A stretch of 64,000 nt of DNA from Malacoraja senta (taxonomy: Eukaryota), in the NCBI GenBank assembly GCA_038087875.1, contig CM075988.1:2542001-2606000 (forward strand), written 5' to 3'. Below are positions 58,570 through 64,000 of the stretch, in pieces. Each line of letters starts with the position of its first letter. Positions within the stretch are counted from its first letter, which is position 1. Both the position numbers and the translations under genes were made by a program. Under the pieces are notes generated by a model. That model was not told the DNA's origin. It saw nothing but the letters and a program-made list of their open reading frames with translations, and searched no databases.

Positions 58570-58748
58570 CACGTTTGGGTTTTCCCCGGGTACTCCGGTT
58601 TTCTCCCACATTGCAAAGACATACAGGTTTGTAGGCTAATTGGCTTCTGTAAATTGTCCCTAGTATGTGGGATAGTGCTAGTGTACGGGGATTGCAGGTT
58701 GGCACAGACTCGGTGGGCCAAAATGCCCATCTCTAAACTAAACTAAAA
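58570..58748 (+). mobile_element. SINE 3' half
   Basis: Central domain and tail. A degenerate minus-strand SINE also lies at ~58020-58345. Confidence 0.8.
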
Positions 58749-59224
58749 ATGGGGAATTGTGGAGAGAGATTTCCTCTCATGCTTATGGTCTTCAGCCAAA
58801 CGTGGTTCACTGTTTTGGTGCAATTCTCACAGCAAACACACAGCTGTGCCAGGGCGTATCTCCATTTGGCTGCAGGAAACTACCAGGTATGTCCAAGTTC
58901 CAGATTGAGTGCAGTTGGATGTACTCATCTACTTGATGAGGCTGCACTTGGATCTGAGTGGTGTAGTTCCAACATCTAGTGGAGGAATCACGTCAAGAGA
59001 TGCCTCTTCCCTGGAGAGGGTTTGAGATGGGGGTTTCTGGAGGGGGGGAGGTTGTTTGTTGACCATTCGCATCTGAGACTGCAGTCCCTTCTCAATTTGA
59101 CCCGTGCCCTTTCAACAGGGTGATCCGGAGAGTTTCCCAGCATGATCATTGTGGTGAGCATGGGTGGGATCTGACAGAACTGCGAATGCAGGACAATATC
59201 CCCTCACATCTGACATCCTCACAT

Positions 59225-59530
59225 TTAGAGGAATGGATCGGGTAAACGGACAGAGTCTCTTACCCAGAGTAGGGGAATCGAGAAGCAGAGGATATAGGTA
59301 TAAGGTAAAGGGGGACAGATTTAATATGAATCTTTTTTTCACATGAAGGATGATGTGTGTATGGAACAAGCTGCCAGAGGAGGAGTTGAGGCAGACTATT
59401 GCAATGTTTAAGAAACAAGTGGACAAGTACATGGATAGGACAGATTTGGAAGGATATGGGCCAAATGCAAGCAGGTGGGTGTAGAGTAGATGGCTTGTAT
59501 GGGCAAATTGTTTCCACACTGTATGACTGT
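59225..59530 (+). mobile_element. CR1-like LINE 3' fragment
   Basis: RGMDRVNGQSLLPRVGESRSRGYRYKVKG; same type as 660-1010. Confidence 0.8.
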
Positions 59531-60341
59531 GATCTGGGAGCCCATGCTGGGGTTTAGTGGGTAAGTTAGCGGCAAGCACATGGAATTATTCATCCCTCCC
59601 CAAGTAAGTTGCTGATGTCTGCATGAGAGCATAGTTCCATAGTTCATATCATATTTGGTGCCTTAGTTTGGATGGGTTCAAGGCCTCTGCGTAATGTCTG
59701 GTTCACTGCAGGCATCATCTGCTCTCAGAGCCATTTCATTTGCTGCGGGCAAGGTGCAAGAGACGAGCTGAAAATCCAGAAGGGTCCTTTGACTCTGAAG
59801 TTCCCAGGGCCCAGGATAGACACGAAAAGCTGGAGTAACTCAACGGGTCAGACAGCATCTCCGGAGAGAAGGAATAGGTGATGTTTCCGATCAAGACCCT
59901 TCTTCAGACCTGTGAGTCCACGTGAGTTTAGTTCCCAGGTGAGCAGGATGAGCAGTGATCTGCCCAATGTACATCTGAACTGCAGAGTGATGATATGGAT
60001 GTCACTTCAATCACCGGGAAGGAGCTGCATGTTGAGCCGGTGCATTGACTGTGGCTGTGAGTGGTGAGGTTGTGCCACAGTCAGGATGGCTCTAACCGCA
60101 CTCCGAACCCTCTGTGCAGAGGAGGTTGAGGAAGCTCACCTCCAGCCAGCTGAGCTCCCTCCGCCTCTTCATTTTATAACATTGAACTTCCACACAGACC
60201 AACGATATAGTGTCTACTGTAAATCTGGGCAGGAGTGTGAGCTGTGAGGAGCACGCAAACAGGTCGGAAAAATGCACCACAGGGGTGGGCAAAAAGTGGT
60301 AGGAGTGTAACAGGTAAGTGTGATGTTACTGGGAGGAGAGA

Positions 60342-60643
60342 GGCATGGTGGCACAGCGGTAGAGCTGCTGCCTCAGTGCTAAAGACCCGGTTCAATCCTG
60401 ATACGGGTGCAGTCTGTGGATTTTGCACGTTCTCCCTGTGACCACGTAGGCTTCCTTTGGGTGCACTGGTTTCCTCCCACATCCCAAAGACATGGGGGTT
60501 TGTAGATAAAGTGGCTTCTGGGAGTTATCTAGTGTGTAGGATGCAAAAGTGGGGTAACATAGAACTAGTGTACCGGTGATTGATAGTTGGCGCAGACTCA
60601 TGGGGCCGAGTGGCCTGTTTCCACATGGTATCTCTAAACTAAA
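60342..60643 (+). mobile_element. tRNA-derived SINE
   Basis: Full-length variant copy. Confidence 0.87.
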
Positions 60644-61463
60644 CGGAATTATTCATTTTAGTGCGGAGAAGAGAATTTGGAAAAAAAGAACAACTGTTAA
60701 ATGTAGCCAGAGAAATGTACAGTGTCTGTACATGAATCAGGGACATTTCAAAAGTTTAGTGTTTTATTGTCATTCGTACCAAAATGAAATGATGAAATTC
60801 CTACTTGCAGCAGCACCACAGGTTTGTAAACACACAGTACTCAATAGATTATATAATAAATAAACACAAAAAAAGAAATTCAATAAATTAAAAAAACAAT
60901 AGTGCAAAAAAACCCAAAGCTCTGAATCCCTAGTACAACCGATGCAATTAGGAGTTCAGAGTCTAGTTGGAGTTCGTCGTGTTCAACGTGTCGTGTTGGT
61001 TGTAGGGAAGAAGCTGTTACTGAGCCTGGGCATTACAGTTTTCAGGCTCCTGTACCACCTTCCCAGTGGCAGCGATGAAATGAAAGTGTGGCCAGGGTGG
61101 AGTGTGTCTCTGATGATGCTGGCTCCCTTTTTGAGGCAGTGACTCCTGTAAATCCCTTTGATGGTGGGGAGTTCAGAACCCATGATGGACTGGGCAGTGT
61201 TCACCACTTTTTGTAATCTCCTTCGTTCATGGGCATTCGAGTTGTCAAACCAGGGTGTGATGCAACCAATACTGTACACCTGCAGAAATTCAAGTGATTA
61301 TTCATCCACAGACCATATCTCCACAATATTCTAAGGACATCTTTTGAAGTTGTTGTCTCTCCACCACCATCCCTTTGATGAAGACACATTTGTGGAATCT
61401 CAGCCTTCTTCTTCCAAAGTCACCAATCAGTGCCTTGGGTTTACTGACGTTGAGAGCAAGGTT

Positions 61464-62967
61464 TAGGAAGGAACTACAGATGCTTTTTAAATCAAAGATA
61501 AACACAAAATGCTGGAGTAACTCAGTGGGACAGGCAGCATCTCTGGAGAGAAGGAATGGGTGACGTTTTGGGTCGAGACCCTTTTTCAGACTGATGTCAG
61601 GGGAGTGGGAGGTACATATATAAGGAAGTGTATAGAATAGAAAGTGTAAGGTGTGAAAACAGGACAAAGGGAATGGAGATCAAGGAAAATGTAGAATATA
61701 TCATTGTTAGTTGGGAGAAGATAACAACACAGCAAACAGATTTGATCACCGGGTAAAAATCGTTTTGCTGAACAGTTCACCTAAACCAACCTGATCTCCC
61801 AGTATAAAAGGAGCCCGACTGTCTTTTGGGTCACTCGCACCGCCTCCAACCTCATCTATGGTACCTGAAGAAGGGTTTCGGCCCGAAACTTTGCCTATTT
61901 CCTTCGCTCCATAGGTGCTGCCTCACCCACTGAGTTTCTCCAGCATTTTTGTCTATCATCTATGGAACCTGCCGTCAGGCACAGATATATCGCTATCAAA
62001 ACATGGGGGGGGGGGGGACACAATTTCGTGGCGGACATGCGCACGCACACACGCGAGGCTTCGGCCGTGGGCCCTGTGGACGGTAACTTCGGAAGCTGAC
62101 CTGGTTGGTGACCAACTCCGAACTCCAGCAACAGCAGCTTCGTCCGCCCCGAATCGCGGGCCTTTCATCGGCCGGCGGGGGCTTCAACATCGGGAGCCTC
62201 GATCGCCTCGATGCAGCAGTTTGATTTTAAGCCACGCCGGGTACTGAAAGGCCCCGCAAACGGGCCGATTCAGCCCTTAGAAAGCGTCTGATAAAGTCCG
62301 GTTTACAAAACATGGGGGGGATTGTCCCCTACCTCAAAGCATGGGGGGCGGCATTCTCCCCGTCCCCCCAGGATTTCCGCCCATGCCCGCTGTTCCAGGT
62401 GTGACTCCCATATATCGGCGAGACCAAGCGCAGGCTTGGCGATCGTTTCACTGAACACCTCCGCTCAGTCCACCTAAACCTGCCTGATCTCCCAGTTGCT
62501 AAATACTTTAACTCCCCCTCCCATTCCCACACTGACCTTTCTATCCTGGGCTTCTTCCAGTGTCAGAGTGAGGCCCAGCGCAAATTGGGCCTCACTCTGG
62601 GCAACACTTCATATTTTGATTGGGCAACTTACACCCCAGCGGTATGAACATTGACGTCTCAACTTCAAGTTGCCCTTACTTTCTCTCTCTCTCCATCCCC
62701 TCCCCCTTCACAGTTCTCCAACCAGTCTTACTGGCTCTGACTACATTTTATCTCTGCTTTGTCGTTACCTTCTCCCAACTAACAATGATTCCATTCCCTT
62801 TGTCTTGTTTTCACATCTTACATTTCCTTATAAATACACTTCCTTATCTATGTACTTCCCACTACCCTGACATCTGAAGAAGGGTCTCGACCCAAAATGT
62901 CATCTATTCCTTCTCTCCAGAGATGCTGCATGTCCTGCTGAGTTACTCCAGCATTTTGTGTCTATCT
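61464..62967 (+). mobile_element. Penelope-like element with inverted 5' pLTR
   Basis: Minus-strand pLTR 61464-~61750, then plus-strand body (YIGETKR at ~62411) and pLTR to 62967. TSD TTGAGAGCAAGGTT / TTGAGGGTAAGGTT at 61450-61463 and 62968-62981. Confidence 0.85.
61976..62385 (+). mobile_element. hAT-like MITE (same family as 14384-15259)
   Basis: Shares internal sequence with that copy; right TIR GATTTCCGCCCATG; decayed 8-bp TSD CCTGCCGT / CCCGCTGT. Confidence 0.8.
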
Positions 62968-63342
62968 TTGAGGGTAAGGTTGTTCTGGCACCATTCAGTC
63001 AGACGATCTCCCTCCTGTATTCTGATTCATCTTTATCCATAATTTGTTCAACAACTGTGGTATCATAGATGAATTTAAAGAGTTAGAACTACACAGTCAT
63101 GGGTATAGAGTGAATAGAGCAGTGGACTGACCGCATAGCCTTGAGGTGTACTTGCGCTGATGATTAACAAGGAGGAAGTGTTGTTGCCAATTCTATCGAT
63201 TGTTTTCTTTTCATGAGAAAGTCGGGTGTTGAGGGGGTGATGGTGTTGAATGCCGAGCTGTAGTCAATTAACAACATCTTGACACGTGTTTTTATTGTCC
63301 AAGTGATCCAGTGGAGAGCCAGTCAGATTGCATCCTCCATTG

Positions 63343-64000
63343 ATACATAGATACATAGAAAATAAGTGCAGGAGTAGGCCATTCGGCCCTTCGAGCCTGC
63401 ACCGCCATTCAATATGATCATGGCTGATCATCCAACTCAGTATCCTGTACCTGCTTTCTCTCCATACCCCCTGACCCCTTTAGCCACAAGGGCCACATCT
63501 AACTCCCTCTTAAATATAGCCAATGAACTGGCCTCAACTACCCTCTGTGGCAGAGAGTTCCAGAGATTCACCACTCTCTGTGTGAAAAAGTTTTTTCTCA
63601 TCTCGGTCTTAAAGGATTTCCCCCTTATCCTTAAGCTGTGACCCCTTGTCCTGGACTTCCCCAACATCGGGAACAATCTTCCTGCATCTAGCCTGTCCAA
63701 CCCCATAAGAATTTTGTACGTTTCTATAAGATCCCCTCTCAATCTCCTAAATTCTAGCGAGTATAAGCCAAGTCTATCCAGTCTTTCTTCATATGAAAGT
63801 CCTGATTCCCAGGAATCAGTCTGGTGAACCTTCTCTGCACTCCCTCTATGGCTATAATGTCCTTCCTCAGATTTGGAGACGAAAACTGTACGCAATACTC
63901 CAGGTGTGGTCTCACCAAGACCCTGTACAACTGCAGTAGAACCTCCCTCCTCCTATACTCAAATCCTTTTGCTATGAAAGCTAACATACCATTCGCTTTC
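63343..64000 (-). mobile_element. CR1 young subfamily, 3' end (runs off the window)
   Basis: Near-identical to 54314-54970; ORFs 63437..63895 and 63754..63987. Confidence 0.95.

Larger units (their letters stand above)
60750..63340 (-). mobile_element. Rex1/Babar-type LINE remnant interrupted by a Penelope composite
   Basis: ORF 60983..61279 (CITPWF...RLQKVVNTAQSIMG..LP...HPGH...LPLGRWYRS...RLSNSFFP) resembles the Rex1/Babar C-terminus. RT remnants continue at ~61380-61463 and ~62982-63340. Confidence 0.75.

Noticed and set aside
27038..60643. tRNA genes
   Set aside because: The tRNA-like A/B-box heads all continue into SINE bodies and tails; no complete cloverleaf was seen.
9754..62967. 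CRISPR-like array suggested by the recurring short palindromic motif
   Set aside because: Copies are dispersed on both strands with no regular spacers or cas genes, in a vertebrate context; they are explained as Penelope pLTR hammerheads.
57600..64000. A second host gene downstream of ARHGAP32
   Set aside because: Only TE fragments and unassignable sequence; no exon with a recognisable peptide was found.

Overview
Eukaryotic, repeat-rich vertebrate DNA. The repeat content (CR1 LINEs, HE1/V-SINE-like tRNA SINEs, Neptune-type Penelope-like elements) points to a cartilaginous fish, probably a skate or ray; this is an inference. One host gene is present: the 3' part of ARHGAP32 (RICS/p250GAP) on the + strand. 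It has nine phase-compatible GT-AG coding exons (1464-1546, 3710-3817, 10961-11106, 23694-23895, 26789-26934, 27564-27644, 31214-32320, 41216-41547, 47639-49951; 4518 nt, 1505 aa + stop), followed by the 3'UTR. Introns and downstream DNA are filled with nested transposons: many CR1 fragments, one CR1 copy with an uninterrupted EN+RT ORF2, an IR/DR Tc1 fossil, hAT-like non-autonomous elements, Rex1/Babar remnants, about 15 SINEs and Penelope-like elements. Three observations stand out. (1) About 16 copies of a minimal hammerhead-ribozyme motif (CTGAWGA-AGGGT-YTCG-RCCC-GAAA-CGTY) occur, several as stand-alone 90-120 bp inserts with their own 12-15 bp target-site duplications. (2) A 4 x 26-aa ABAB coding repeat fills the end of the large ARHGAP32 exon. 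(3) An intact young CR1 ORF2 is inserted into the stem II loop of one hammerhead unit. Comparisons with human ARHGAP32 and with repeat consensus sequences are from memory, not from database searches.
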